From the NCBI GenBank assembly GCA_964016885.1, contig OZ024742.1, forward strand, positions 744,001 to 808,000: 64,000 nucleotides of DNA, given 5' to 3'. The DNA comes from Eledone cirrhosa (lineage: Eukaryota). The notes below the pieces were generated by a model that was given only the letters and a program-made list of their open reading frames with translations, made no database searches and was not told the origin of the DNA. The position numbers were made by a program, and so were the translations under genes. Of the stretch, positions 9,851-22,300 are shown piece after piece; positions within the stretch are counted from its first letter, which is position 1, and each line of letters begins with the position of its first letter.

Positions 9851-12800
9851 GAGGTGTGTGGTCTAGTGGTAAAGGTGTTCTGTGGAGGTGTGTGATCTAG
9901 TGGTAAAGGTGTTCTGTGGAGGTGTGTGGTCTAGTGGTAAAGGTGTTCTGTGGAGGTGTGTGGTCTAGTGGTAAATGTGTTAGTGGAGATGTGTTGTCTA
10001 GTCGTAAAGGTGTTAGTGGAGGTGTGTGGTCTAGTGGTAAAGGTGTTCTGTGGAGGTGTGTGGTCTAGTGGTAAAGGTGTTCTGTGGAGGTGTGTGGTCT
10101 AGTGGTAAAGGTGTTAGTGGAGGTGTGTGGTCTAGTGGTAAAGGTGTAAGTGGAGGTGTGTGGTCTAGTGGTAAAGGTGTTCTGTAGAGGTGTGTGGTCT
10201 AGTGGTAAATGTGTTCTGTGGAGGTGTGTGGTCTAGTGGTAAAGGTGTTCTGTGGAGGTGTGTGGTCTAGTGGTAAAGGTGTTAGTGGAGGTGTGTGGTC
10301 TAGTGGTAAAGGTGTTAGTGGAGATGTGTGGTTTAGTGGTAAAGGTGTTCTGTAGAGGTGTGTGGTCTAGTGGTAAAGGTGTTCTGTGGCGGTGTGTGGT
10401 CTAGTGGTAAAGGTGTTAGTGGAGGTGTGTGGTCTAGTGGTATAGGTGTTAGTGGAGGTGTGTGGTCTAGTGGTAAAGGTGTTCTGTGGAGGTGTGTGGT
10501 CTAGTGGTAAATGTGTTAGTGGAGGTGTGTGGTCTAGTGGTATAGGTGTTAGTGGAGGTGTGTGGTCTAGTGGTAAAGGTGTGTGGTCTAGTGGTAAAGG
10601 TGTTCTGTAGAGGTGTGTGGTCTAGTGGTAAAGGTGTTCTGTGGCGGTGTGTGGTCTAGTGGTAAAGGTGTTCTGTGGAGGTGTGTGGTCTAGTGGTAAA
10701 GGTGTTCTGTGGAGGTGTGTGGTCTAGTGGTAAAGGTGTTAGTGGAGGTGTGTGGTCTAGTGGTAAAGGGGTTCTGTGGAGGTGTGTGGTCTAGTAGTAA
10801 AGGTGTTCTGTGGAGGTGTGTGGTCTAGTGGTAAAGGTGTTAGTGGAGGTGTGTGATCTAGTGGTAAAGGTGTTAGTGGAGGTGTGTGGTCTAGTGGTAA
10901 AGGTGTTCTGTAGAGGTGTGTGGTCTAGTGGTAACGGTGTTCTGTGGAGGTGTGTGGTCTAGTGGTATAGGTGTTCTGTGGAGGTGTGTGGTCTAGTGGT
11001 ATAGGTATTCTGTGGAGGTGTGTGGTCTAGTGGTAAAGGTGTTAGTGGAGGTGTGTGGTCTAGTGGTAAAGGTGTTCTGTAGAGGTGTGTGGTCTAGTGG
11101 TAAAGGTGTTAGTGGAGGTGTGTGGTCTAGTGGTAAAGGTGTTAGTGGAGGTGTGTGGTCTAGTGGTAAAGGTGTTCTGGAGAGGTGTGTGGTCTAGTGG
11201 TAAAGGTGTTCTGTGGAGGTGTGTGGTCTAGTGGTAAAGGTGTTGTGTGGAGGTGTGTGGTCTAGTGGTAAAGGTGTTAGTGGAGATGTGTGGTCTAGTG
11301 GTAAAGGTGTTCTGTGGATGTGTGTGGTCTAGTGGTAAAGGTGTTAGTGGAGGTGTGTGGTCTAGTGGTAAAGGTGTTCTGTAGAGGTTTGTGGTTTAGT
11401 GGTAAAGGTGTTCTGTGGAGGTGTGTGGTCTAGTGGTAAAGGTGTTCTTTGGAGGTGTGTGGTCTAGTGGTAAAGGTGTTAGTGGAGGTGTGTGGTCTAG
11501 TGGTAAAGGTGTTAGTGGAGGTGTGTGGTCTAGTGGTATAGGTGTTCTGTGGAGGTGTGTGGTCTAGTGGTATAGGTGTTCTGTGGAGGTGTGTGGTCTA
11601 GTGGTAAAGGTGTTAGTGGAGGTGTGTGGTCTAGTGGTAAAGGTGTTCTGTAGAGGTGTGTGGTCTAGAGGTAAAGGTGTTAGTGGAGGTGTGTGGTCTA
11701 GTGGTAAAGGTGTTAGTGGAGGTCTGTGGTCTAGTGGTAAAGGTGTTCTGTGTAGGTGTGTGGTCTAGTGGTAAAGGTGTTAGTGGATGTGTGTGGTCTA
11801 GTGGTAAAGGTGTTCTGTGGAGGTGTGTGGTCTAGTGGTAAAGGTGTAAGTGGAGGTGTGTGGTCTAGTGGTAAAGGTGTTCTGTAGAGGTGTGTGGTCT
11901 AGTGGTAAATGTGTTCTGTGGAGGTGTGTGGTCTAGTGGTAAAGGTGTTCTGTGGAGGTGTGTGGTCTAGTGGTAAAGGTGTTAGTGGAGGTGTGTGGTC
12001 TAGTGGTAAAGGTGTAAGTGGAGGTGTGTGGTCTAGTGGTAAAGGTGTTCTGTGGAGGTGTGTGGTCTAGTGGTAAAGGTGTTAGTGGAGGTGTGTGGTC
12101 TAGTGGTAAAGGTGTAAGTGGAGGTGTGTGGTCTAGTGGTAAAGGTGTTCTGTAGAGGTGTGTGGTCTAGTGGTAAAGGTGTTCTGTGGCGGTGTGTGGT
12201 CTAGTGGTAAAGGTGTTCTGTGGAGGTGTGTGGTCTAGTGGTAAAGGTGTTCTGTGGCGGTGTGTGGTCTAGTGGTAAAGGCGTTCTGTGGAGGTGTGTG
12301 GTCTAGTGGTAAAGGTGTTAGTGGAGGTGTGTGGTTTAGTGGTAAAGGTGTTCTGTAGAGGTGTGTGGTCTAGTGGTAAATGTGTTCTGTGGAGGTGTGT
12401 GGTCTAGTGGTAAAGGTGTTAGTGGAGGTGTGTGGTCTAGTGGTAAAGGTGTTCTGTGGAGGTGTGTGATCTAGTGGTAAAGGTGTTAGTGGAGGTGTGT
12501 GGTCTAGTGGTAAAGGTGTTAGTGGAGGTGTGTGGTTTAGTGGTAAAGGTGTTCTGTAGAGGTGTGTGGTCTAGTGGTAAAGGTGTTCTGTGGTCTAGTG
12601 GTAAAGGTGTTAGTGGAGGTGTGTGGTCTAGTGGTAAAGGTGTTCTGTAGAGGTGTGTGGTCTAGTGGTAAAGGTGTGTGGTCTAGTGGTAAAGGTGTTA
12701 GTGGAGGTGTGTGGCCTAGTGGTAAAGGTGTTCTGTGGAGGTGTGTGGTCTAGTGGTAAAGGTGTTCTGTGGAGGTGTGTGGTCTAGTGGTAAAGGTGTT

Positions 12801-13367
12801 CTGTAGAGGTGTGTGGTCTAGTGGTATAGGTGTTAGTGGAGGTGTGTGGCCTAGTGGTAAAGGTGTTCTGTAGAGGTGTGTGGTCTAGTGGTATAGGTGT
12901 TCTGTGGAGGTGTGTGGTCTAGTGGTATCGGTGTTCTGTGGAGGTGTGTGGTCTAGTGGTAAAGGTGTTCTGTAGAGGTGTGTGGTCTAGTGGTAAAGGT
13001 GTTAGTGGAGGTGTGTGGTCTAGTGGTAAAGGTGTTCTGTAGAGGTTTGTGGTTTAGTGGTAAAGGTGTTCTGTGGAGGTGTGTGGTCTAGTGGTAAAGG
13101 TGTTCTTTGGAGGTGTGTGGTCTAGTGGTAAAGGTGTTAGTGGAGGTGTGTGGTCTAGTGGTAAAGGTGTTAGTGGAGGTGTGTGGTCTAGTGGTAAAGG
13201 TGTTCTGCAGAGGTGTGTGGTCTAGTGGTAAATGTGTTCTGTGGAGGTGTGTGGTCTAGTGGTAAAGGTGTTAGTGAAGGTGTGTGGTCTAGTGGTAAAG
13301 GTGTTAGTGGAGGTGTGTGGTCTAGTGGTAAAGGTGTTAGTAGAGGTGTGTGGTCTAGTGGTAAAAG

Positions 13368-16300
13368 TGTTCTGTGGAGTTGTGTGGTCTAGTGGTATAG
13401 GTGTTCTGTGGAGGTGTGTGGTCTAGTGGTATAGGTGTTCTGTGGAGGTGTGTGGTCTAGTGGTAAAGGTGTTAGTGGAGGTGTGTGGTCTAGTGGTAAA
13501 GGTGTTCTGTAGAGGTGTGTGGTCTAGAGGTAAAGGTGTTAGTGGAGGTGTGTGGTCTAGTGGTAAAGGTGTTAGTGGAGGTCTGTGGTCTAGTGGTAAA
13601 GGTGTTCTGTGTAGGTGTGTGGTCTAGTGGTAAAGGTGTTAGTGGATGTGTGTGGTCTAGTGGTAAAGGTGTTCTGTGGAGGTGTGTGGTCTAGTGGTAA
13701 ATGTGTTAGTGGAGGTGTGTGGTCTAGTGGTAAAGGTGTTCTGTGTAGGTGTGTGGTCTAGTGGTAAAGGTGTTCGTGGAAGTGTGTGGTCTAGTGGTAA
13801 AGGTGTTCTGTGGAGGTGTGTGGTCTAGTGGTACAGGTGTTAGTGGAGGTGTGTGGTCTAGTGGTAAAGGTGTTCTGTGTAGGTGTGTGGTCTAGTGGTA
13901 AAGGTGTTAGTGGAGGTGTGTGGTCTAGTGGTAAAGGTGTTCTTTGGAGGTGTGTGGTCTAGTGGTAAAGGTGTTAGTGGAGGTATGTGGTCTAGTGGTA
14001 AAGGTGTTCTGTAGAGGTGTGTGGTCTAGTGGTAAAGGTGTTCTGTGGAGGTGTGTGGTCTAGTGGTAAAGGTGTTAGTGTGTGGTCTAGTGGTAAAGGT
14101 GTTCTGTGGTCTAGTGGTAAAGGTGTTAGTGTAGGTGTGTGGTCTAGTGGTAAAGGTGTTCTGTAGAGGTGTGTGGTCTAGTGGTAAAGGTGTGTGGTCT
14201 AGTGGTAAAGGTGTTAGTGGAGGTGTGTGGCCTAGTGGTAAAGGTGTTCTGTGGAGGTGTGTGGTCTAGTGGTAAAGGTGTTCTGTGGAGGCGTGTGGTC
14301 TAGTGGTAAAGGTGTTCTGTAGAGGTGTGTGGTCTAGTGGTATAGGTGTTAGTGGAGGTGTGTGGTCTAGTGGTAAAGGTGTTCTGTAGAGGTGTGTGGT
14401 CTAGTGGTATAGGTGTTCTGTGGAGGTGTGTGGTCTAGTGGTATTGGTGTTCTGTGGAGGTGTGTGGTCTAGTGGTAAAGGTGTTCTGTAGAGGTTTGTG
14501 GTCTAGTGGTAAAGGTGTTAGTGGAGGTGTGTGGTCTAGTGGTAAAGGTGTTCTGTAGAGGTTTGTGGTTTAGTGGTAAAGGTGTTCTGTGGAGGTGTGT
14601 GGTCTAGTGGTAAAGGTGTTCTTTGGAGGTGTGTGGTCTAGTAGTAAAGGTGTTAGTGGAGGTGTGTGGTCTAGTGGTAAAGGTGTTAGTGGAGGTGTGT
14701 GGTCTAGTGGTATAGGTGTTCTGTGGAGGTGTGTGGTCTAGTGGTATAGGTGTTCTGTGGAGGTGTGTGGTCTAGTGGTAAAGGTGTTAGTGGAGGTGTG
14801 TGGTCTAGTGGTAAAGGTGTTCTGTAGAGGTGTGTGGTCTAGAGGTAAAGGTGTTAGTGGAGGTGTGTGGTCTAGTGGTAAAGGTGTTAGTGGAGGTCTG
14901 TGGTCTAGTGGTAAAGGTGTTCTGTGTAGGTGTGTGGTCTAGTGGTAAAGGTGTTAGTGGATGTGTGTGGTCTAGTGGTAAAGGTGTTCTGTGGAGGTGT
15001 GTGGTCTAGTGGTAAAGGTGTTAGTGGAGGTGTGTGGTCTAGTGGTAAAGGTGTTCTGTGTAGGTGTGTGGTCTAGTGGTAAAGGTGTTCTGTGTAGGTG
15101 TGTGGTTTAGTGGTAAAGGTGTTAGTGGAGGTGTGTGGTCTAGTGGTAAAGGTGTTCTGTGTAGGTGTGTGGTCTAGTGGTAAAGGTGTTCTGTGTAGGT
15201 GTGTGGTCTAGTGGTAAAGGTGTTAGTGGAGGTGTGTGGTCTAGTGGTAAAGGTGTTCTGTGTAGGTGTGTGGTCTAGTGGTAAAGGTGTTAGTGGAGGT
15301 GTGTGGTCTAGTGGTAAAGGTGTAAGTGGAGGTGTGTGGTCTAGTGGTAAAGGTGTTCTGTAGAGGTGTGTGGTCTAGTGGTAAATGTGTTCTGTGGAGG
15401 TGTGTGGTCTAGTGGTAAAGGTGTTCTTTGGAGGTGCGTGGTCTAGTGGTAAAGGTGTTAGTGGAGGTGTGTGGTCTAGTGGTAAAGGTGTTCTGTAGAG
15501 GTGTGTGGTATAGTGGTAAAGGTGTTCTGTGGAGGTGTGTGGTCTAGTGGTAAAGGTGTTCTTTGGAGGTGCGTGGTCTAGTGGTAAAGGTGTTCTTTGG
15601 AGGTGCGTGGTCTAGTGGTAAAGGTGTTCTGTGGAGGTGTGTGGTCTAGTGGTAAAGGTGTTCTGTAGAGGTGTGTGGTCTAGTGGTAAAGGTGTTCTTT
15701 GGAGGTGCGTGGTCTAGTGGTAAAGGTGTTCTGTAGAGGTGTGTGGTCTAGTGGTAAAGGTGTTCTGTAGAGGTGTGTGGTCTAGTGGTAAAGGTGTTCT
15801 TTGGAGGTGCGTGGTCTAGTGGTAAAGGTGTTCTTTGGAGGTGCGTGGTCTAGTGGTAAAGGTGTTCTGTGGAGGTGTGTGGTCTAGTGGTAAAGGTGTT
15901 CTGTAGAGGTGTGTGGTCTAGTGGTAAAGGTGTTCTTTGGAGGTGCGTGGTCTAGTGGTAAAGGTGTTCTGTAGAGGTGTGTGGTCTAGTGGTAAAGGTG
16001 TTCTGTAGAGGTGTGTGGTCTAGTGGTAAAGGTGTTCTTTGGAGGTGCGTGGTCTAGTGGTAAAGGTGTTCTTTGGAGGTGCGTGGTCTAGTGGTAAAGG
16101 TGTTCTGTGGAGGTGTGTGGTCTAGTGGTAAAGGTGTTCTGTAGAGGTGTGGGGTCTAGTGGTAAAGGTGTTCTGTGGAGGTGTGTGGTCTAGTGGTAAA
16201 GGTGTTAGTGGAGGTGTGTGGTCTAGTGGTAAAGGTGTTCTGTAGAGGTGTGTGGTCTAGTGGTAAAGGTGTTCTGTGGAGGTGTGTGGTCTAGTGGTAA

Positions 16301-19300
16301 AGGTGTTAGTGGAGGTGTGTGGTCTAGTGGTAAAGGTGTTCTGTAGAGGTGTGTGGTCTAGTGGTAAAGGTGTTCTGTGGAGGTGTGTGATCTAGTGGTA
16401 AAGGTGTTCTGTGGAGGTGTGTGGTCTAGTGGTAAAGGTGTTCTGTAGAGGTGTGTGGTCTAGTGGTAAAGGTGTTCTGTGGAGGTGTGTGGTCTAGTGG
16501 TAAAGGTGTTAGTGGAGGTGTGTGGTCTAGTGGTAAAGGTGTTCTGTAGAGGTGTGTGGTCTAGTGGTAAAGGTGTTCTGTGGAGGTGTGTGGTCTAGTG
16601 GTAAAGGTGTTAGTGGAGGTGTGTGGTCTAGTGGTAAAGGTGTTCTGTAGAGGTGTGTGGTCTAGTGGTAAAGGTGTTCTGTGGAAGTGTGTGATCTAGT
16701 GGTAAAGGTGTTCTGTGGAGGTGTGTGGTCTAGTGGTAAAGGTGTTCTGTGGAGGTGTGTGGTCTAGTGGTAAATGTGTTAGTGGAGATGTGTTGTCTAG
16801 TGGTAAAGGTGTTAGTGGAGGTGTGTGGTCTAGTGGTAAAGGTGTTCTGTGGAGGTGTGTGGTCTAGTGGTAAAGGTGTTCTGTGGAGGTGTGTGGTCTA
16901 GTGGTAAAGGTGTTAGTGGAGGTATGTGGTCTAGTGGTAAAGGTGTTCTGTAGAGGTGTGTGGTCTAGTGGTAAAGGTGTTCTGTGGAGGTGTGTGGTCT
17001 AGTGGTAAAGGTGTTAGTGGAGGTGTGTGGTCTAGTGGTAAAGGTGTTCTGTAGAGGTGTGTGGTCTAGTGGTAAAGGTGTTCTGTGGAGGTGTGTGGTC
17101 TAGTGGTAAAGGTGTTAGTGGAGGTGTGTGGTCTAGTGGTAAAGGTGTTCTGTGGAGGTGTGTGGTCTAGTGGTAAAGGTGTTCTGTGGAGGTGTGTGAT
17201 CTAGTGGTAAAGGTGTTCTGTGGAGGTGTGTGTTCTAGTGGTAAAGGTGTTAGTGGAGGTGTGTGGTCTAGTGGTAAAGGTGTTCTGTGTAGGTGTGTGG
17301 TCTAGTGGTAAAGGTGTTCTGTGGAGGTGTGTGGTCTAGTGGTAAAGGTGTTAGTGGAGGTGTGTGGTCTAGTGGTAAAGGTGTTAGTGGAGGTGTGTGG
17401 TCTAGTGGTAAAGGTGTTCTGTGGAGGTGTGTGGTCTAGTGGTAAAGGTGTTCTGTGGAGGTGTGTGGTCTAGTGGTAAAGGTGTTAGTGGAGGTGTGTG
17501 GTCTAGTGGTAAAGGTGTTAGTGGAGGTGTGTGGTCTAGTGGTAAAGGTGTTCTGTGGAGGTATGTGGTCTAGTGGTAAAGGTGTTAGTGGAGGTGTGTG
17601 GTCTAGTGGTAAAGGTGTTAGTGGAGGTGTGTGGTCTAGTGGTAAAGGTGTTAGTGGAGGTGTGTGGTCTAGTGGTAAAGGTGTTCTGTGGAGGTGTGTG
17701 GTCTAGTGGTAAAGGTGTTCTGTGGAGGTGTGTGGTCTAGTGGTAAAGGTGTTCTGTGGAGGTGTGTGGTCTAGTGGTAAAGGTGTTCTGTGTAGGTGTG
17801 TGGTCTAGTGGTAAAGGTGTTCTGTGGAGGTGTGTGGTCTAGTGGTAAAGGTGTTAGTGGAGGTGTGTGGTCTAGTGGTAAAGGTGTTAGTGGAGGTGTG
17901 TGGTCTAGTGGTAAAGGTGTTCTGTGGAGGTGTGTGGTCTAGTGGTAAAGGTGTTCTGTGGAGGTGTGTGGTCTAGTGGTAAAGGTGTTAGTGGAGGTGT
18001 GTGGTCTAGTGGTAAAGGTGTTAGTGGAGGTGTGTGGTCTAGTGGTAAAGGTGTTCTGTGGAGGTATGTGGTCTAGTGTAAAGGTGTTAGTGGAGGTGTG
18101 TGGTCTAGTGGTAAAGGTGTTAGTGGAGGTGTGTGGTCTAGTGGTAAAGGTGTTAGTGGAGGTGTGTGGTCTAGTGGTAAAGGTGTTCTGTGGAGGTGTG
18201 TGGTCTAGTGGTAAAGGTGTTAGTGGAGGTGTGTGGTCTAGTGGTAAAGGTGTTAGTGGAGGTGTGTGGTCTAGTGGTAAAGGTGTTAGTGGAGGTGTGT
18301 GGTCTAGTGGTAAAGGTGTTCTGTGGAGGTGTGTGGTCTAGTGGTAAAGGTGTTCTGTGGAGGTGTGTGGTCTAGTGGTAAAGGTGTTAGTGGAGGTGTG
18401 TGGTCTAGTGGTAAAGGTGTTAGTGGAGGTATGTGGTCTAGTGGTAAAGGTGTTCTGTGGAGGTGTGTGGTCTAGTGGTAAAGGTGTTCTGTGGAGGTGT
18501 GTGGTCTAGTGGTAAAGGTGTTAGTGGAGGTATGTGGTCTAGTGGTAAAGGTGTTCTGTGGAGGTGTGTGGTCTAGTGGTAAAGGTGTTAGTGGAGGTAT
18601 GTGGTCTAGTGGTAAAGGTGTTCTGTGGAGGTATGTGGTCTAGTGGTAAAGGTGTTCTGTGGAGGTATGTGGTCTAGTGGTAAAGGTGTTCTGTGGAGGT
18701 ATGTGGTCTAGTGGTAAAGGTGTTCTGTGGAGGTATGTGGTCTAGTGGTAAAGGTGTTCTGTGGAGGTGTGTGGTCTAGTGGTAAAGGTGTTCTGTGGAG
18801 GTGTGTGGTCTAGTGGTAAAGGTGTTAGTGGAGGTATGTGGTCTAGTGGTAAAGGTGTTCTGTGGAGGTATGTGGTCTAGTGGTAAAGGTGTTCTGTGGA
18901 GGTATGTGGTCTAGTGGTAAAGGTGTTCTGTGGAGGTATGTGGTCTAGTGGTAAAGGTGTTCTGTGGAGGTATGTGGTCTAGTGGTAAAGGTGTTCTGTG
19001 GAGGTGTGTGGTCTAGTGGTAAAGGTGTTCTGTGGAGGTATGTGGTCTAGTGGTAAAGGTGTTCTGTGGAGGTGTGTGGTCTAGTGATAAAGGTGTTCTG
19101 TGGAGGTATGTGGTCTAGTGGTAAAGGTGTTCTGTGGAGGTGTGTGGTCTAGTGTTAAAGGTGTTCTGTGGAGGTATGTGGTCTAGTGGTAAAGGTGTTC
19201 TGTGGAGGTATGTGGTCTAGTGGTAAAGGTGTTCTGTGGAGGTATGTGGTCTAGTGGTAAAGGTGTTCTGTGGAGGTGTGTGGTCTAGTGGTAAAGGTGT

Positions 19301-22300
19301 TCTGTGGATGTGTGTGGTCTAGTGGTAAAGGTGTTAGTGGAGGTGTGTGGCCTAGTGGTAAAGGTGTTCTGTGGAGGTGTGTGGTCTAGTGGTAAAGGTG
19401 TTCTGTGGAGGTGTGTGGTCTAGTGGTAAAGGTGTTCTGTGGAGGTGTGTGGTCTAGTGGTAAAGGTGTTCTGTGGAGGTGTGTGGTCTAGTGGTAAAGG
19501 TGTTCTGTGGATGTGTGTGGTCTAGTGGTAAAGGTGTTCTGTGGAGGTGTGTGGTCTAGTGGTAAAGGTGTTCTGTGGAGGTGTGTGGTCTAGTGGTAAA
19601 GGTGTTCTGTGGATGTGTGTGGTCTAGTGGTAAAGGTGTTAGTGGAGGTATGTGGTCTAGTGGTAAAGGTGTTAGTGGAGGTATGTGGTCTAGTGGTAAA
19701 GGTGTTCTGTGGATGTGTGTGGTCTAGTGGTAAAGGTGTTCTGTGGAGGTGTGTGGTCTAGTGGTAAAGGTGTTCTGTGGAGGTGTGTGGTCTAGTGGTA
19801 AAGGTGTTAGTGGAGGTGTGTGGTCTAGTGGTAAAGGTGTTAGTGGAGGTATGTGGTCTAGTGGTAAAGGTGTTAGTGGAGGTGTGTGGTCTAGTGGTAA
19901 AGGTGTTAGTGGAGGTGTGTGGTCTAGTGGTAAAGGTGTTAGTGGAGGTATGTGGTCTAGTGGTAAAGGTGTTAGTGGAGGTATGTGGTCTAGTGGTAAA
20001 GGTGTTCTGTGGATGTGTGTGGTCTAGTGGTAAAGGTGTTAGTGGAGGTGTGTGGTCTAGTGGTAAAGGTGTTAGTGGAGGTGTGTGGTCTAGTGGTAAA
20101 GGTGTTAGTGGAGGTATGTGGTCTAGTGGTAAAGGTGTTCTGTGGAGGTGTGTGGTCTAGTGGTAAAGGTGTTCTGTGGAGGTGTGTGGTCTAGTGGTAA
20201 AGGTGTTAGTGGAGGTGTGTGGTCTAGTGGTAAAGGTGTTAGTGGAGGTATGTGGTCTAGTGGTAAAGGTGTTCTGTGGATGTGTGTGGTCTAGTGGTAA
20301 AGGTGTTAGTGGAGGTGTGTGGTCTAGTGGTAAAGGTGTTAGTGGAGGTGTGTGGTCTAGTGGTAAAGGTGTTAGTGGAGGTCTGTGGTCTAGTGGTAAA
20401 GGTGTTCTGTGGAGGTGTGTGGTCTAGTGGTAAAGGTGTTCTGTGGAGGTGTGTGGTCTAGTGGTAAAGGTGTTAGTGGAGGTGTGTGGTCTAGTGGTAA
20501 AGGTGTTCTGTGGAGGTGTGTGGTCTAGTGGTAAAGGTGTTAGTGGAGGTGTGTGGTCTAGTGGTAAAGGTGTTAGTGGAGGTGTGTGGTCTAGTGGTAA
20601 AGGTGTTAGTGGAGGTGTGTGGTCTAGTGGTAAAGGTGTTCTGTGGAGGTGTGTGGTCTAGTGGTAAAGGTGTTAGTGGAGGTGTGTGGTCTAGTGGTAA
20701 AGGTGTTCTGTGGAGGTGTGTGGTCTAGTGGTAAAGGTGTTAGTGGAGGTGTGTGGTCTAGTGGTAAAGGTGTTCTGTGGAGGTGTGTGGTCTAGTGGTA
20801 AAGGTGTTAGTGGAGGTGTGTGGTCTAGTGGTAAAGGTGTTCTGTGGAGGTGTGTGGTCTAGTGGTAAAGGTGTTAGTGGAGGTGTGTGGTCTAGTGGTA
20901 AAGGTGTTCTGTGGAGGTGTGTGGTCTAGTGGTAAAGGTGTTAGTGGAGGTGTGTGGTCTAGTGGTAAAGGTGTTCTGTGGAGGTGTGTGGTCTAGTGGT
21001 AAAGGTGTTAGTGGAGGTGTGTGGTCTAGTGGTAAAGGTGTTCTGTGGAGGTGTGTGGTCTAGTGGTAAAGGTGTTAGTGGAGGTGTGTGGTCTAGTGGT
21101 AAAGGTGTTCTGTGGAGGTGTGTGGTCTAGTGGTAAAGGTGTTAGTGGAGGTGTGTGGTCTAGTGGTAAAGGTGTTAGTGGAGGTGTGTGGTCTAGTGGT
21201 AAAGGTGTTAGTGGAGGTGTGTGGTCTAGTGGTAAAGGTGTTCTGTGGAGGTGTGTGGTCTAGTGGTAAAGGTGTTAGTGGAGGTGTGTGGTCTAGTGGT
21301 AAAGGTGTTCTGTGGAGGTGTGTGGTCTAGTGGTAAAGGTGTTAGTGGAGGTGTGTGGTCTAGTGGTAAAGGTGTTCTGTGGAGGTGTGTGGTCTAGTGG
21401 TAAAGGTGTTCTGTGGAGGTGTGTGGTCTAGTGGTAAAGGTGTTAGTGGAGGTGTGTGGTCTAGTGGTAAAGGTGTTCTGTGGAGGTGTGTGGTCTAGTG
21501 GTAAAGGTGTTCTGTGGAGGTGTGTGGTCTAGTGGTAAAGGTGTTAGTGGAGGTGTGTGGTCTAGTGGTAAAGGTGTTCTGTGGAGGTGTGTGGTCTAGT
21601 GGTAAAGGTGTTAGTGGAGGTGTGTGGTCTAGTGGTAAAGGTGTTCTGTAGAGGTGTGTGGTCTAGAGGTAAAGGTGTTAGTGGAGGTGTGTGGTCTAGT
21701 GGTAAAGGTGTTAGTGGAGGTGTGTGGTCTAGTGGTAAAGGTGTTCTGTAGAGGTGTGTGGTCTAGAGGTAAAGGTGTTAGTGGAGGTGTGTGGTCTAGT
21801 GGTAAAGGTGTTAGTGGAGGTATGTGGTCTAGTGGTAAAGGTGTTCTGTGGAGGTGTGTGGTCTAGTGGTAAAGGTGTTCTGTGGAGGTGTGTGGTCTAG
21901 TGGTAAAGGTGTTAGTGGAGGTATGTGGTCTAGTGGTAAAGGTGTTCTGTGGAGGTGTGTGGTCTAGTGGTAAAGGTGTTAGTGGAGGTGTGTGGTCTAG
22001 TGGTAAAGGTGTTAGTGGAGGTGTGTGGTCTAGTGGTAAAGGTGTTAGTGGAGGTGTGTGGTCTAGTGGTAAAGGTGTTAGTGGAGGTGTGTGGTCTAGT
22101 GGTAAAGGTGTTAGTGGAGGTGTGTGGTCTAGTGGTAAAGGTGTTCTGTAGAGGTGTGTGGTCTAGTGGTAAAGGTGTTCTGTAGAGGTGTGTGGTCTAG
22201 TGGTAAAGGTGTTCTGTGGAGGTGTGTGGTCTAGTGGTAAAGGTGTTCTGTGGAGGTGTGTGGTCTAGTGGTAAAGGTGTTAGTGGAGGTGTGTGGTCTA

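Larger units (their letters stand above)
1..12257. repeat. Large duplication A, copy 1 (period 13,367/13,366 bp; left end probably outside the window)
   Basis: Rare variants recur at a fixed offset: TTCGTGGAAG C408/C13775 and TTCTGGAGAG C11177/C24543. ORF-track starts pair as 75/13442, 4591/17958, 6377/19743 and 11583/24949. Identity breaks at C12258 versus A25624. Confidence 0.93.
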
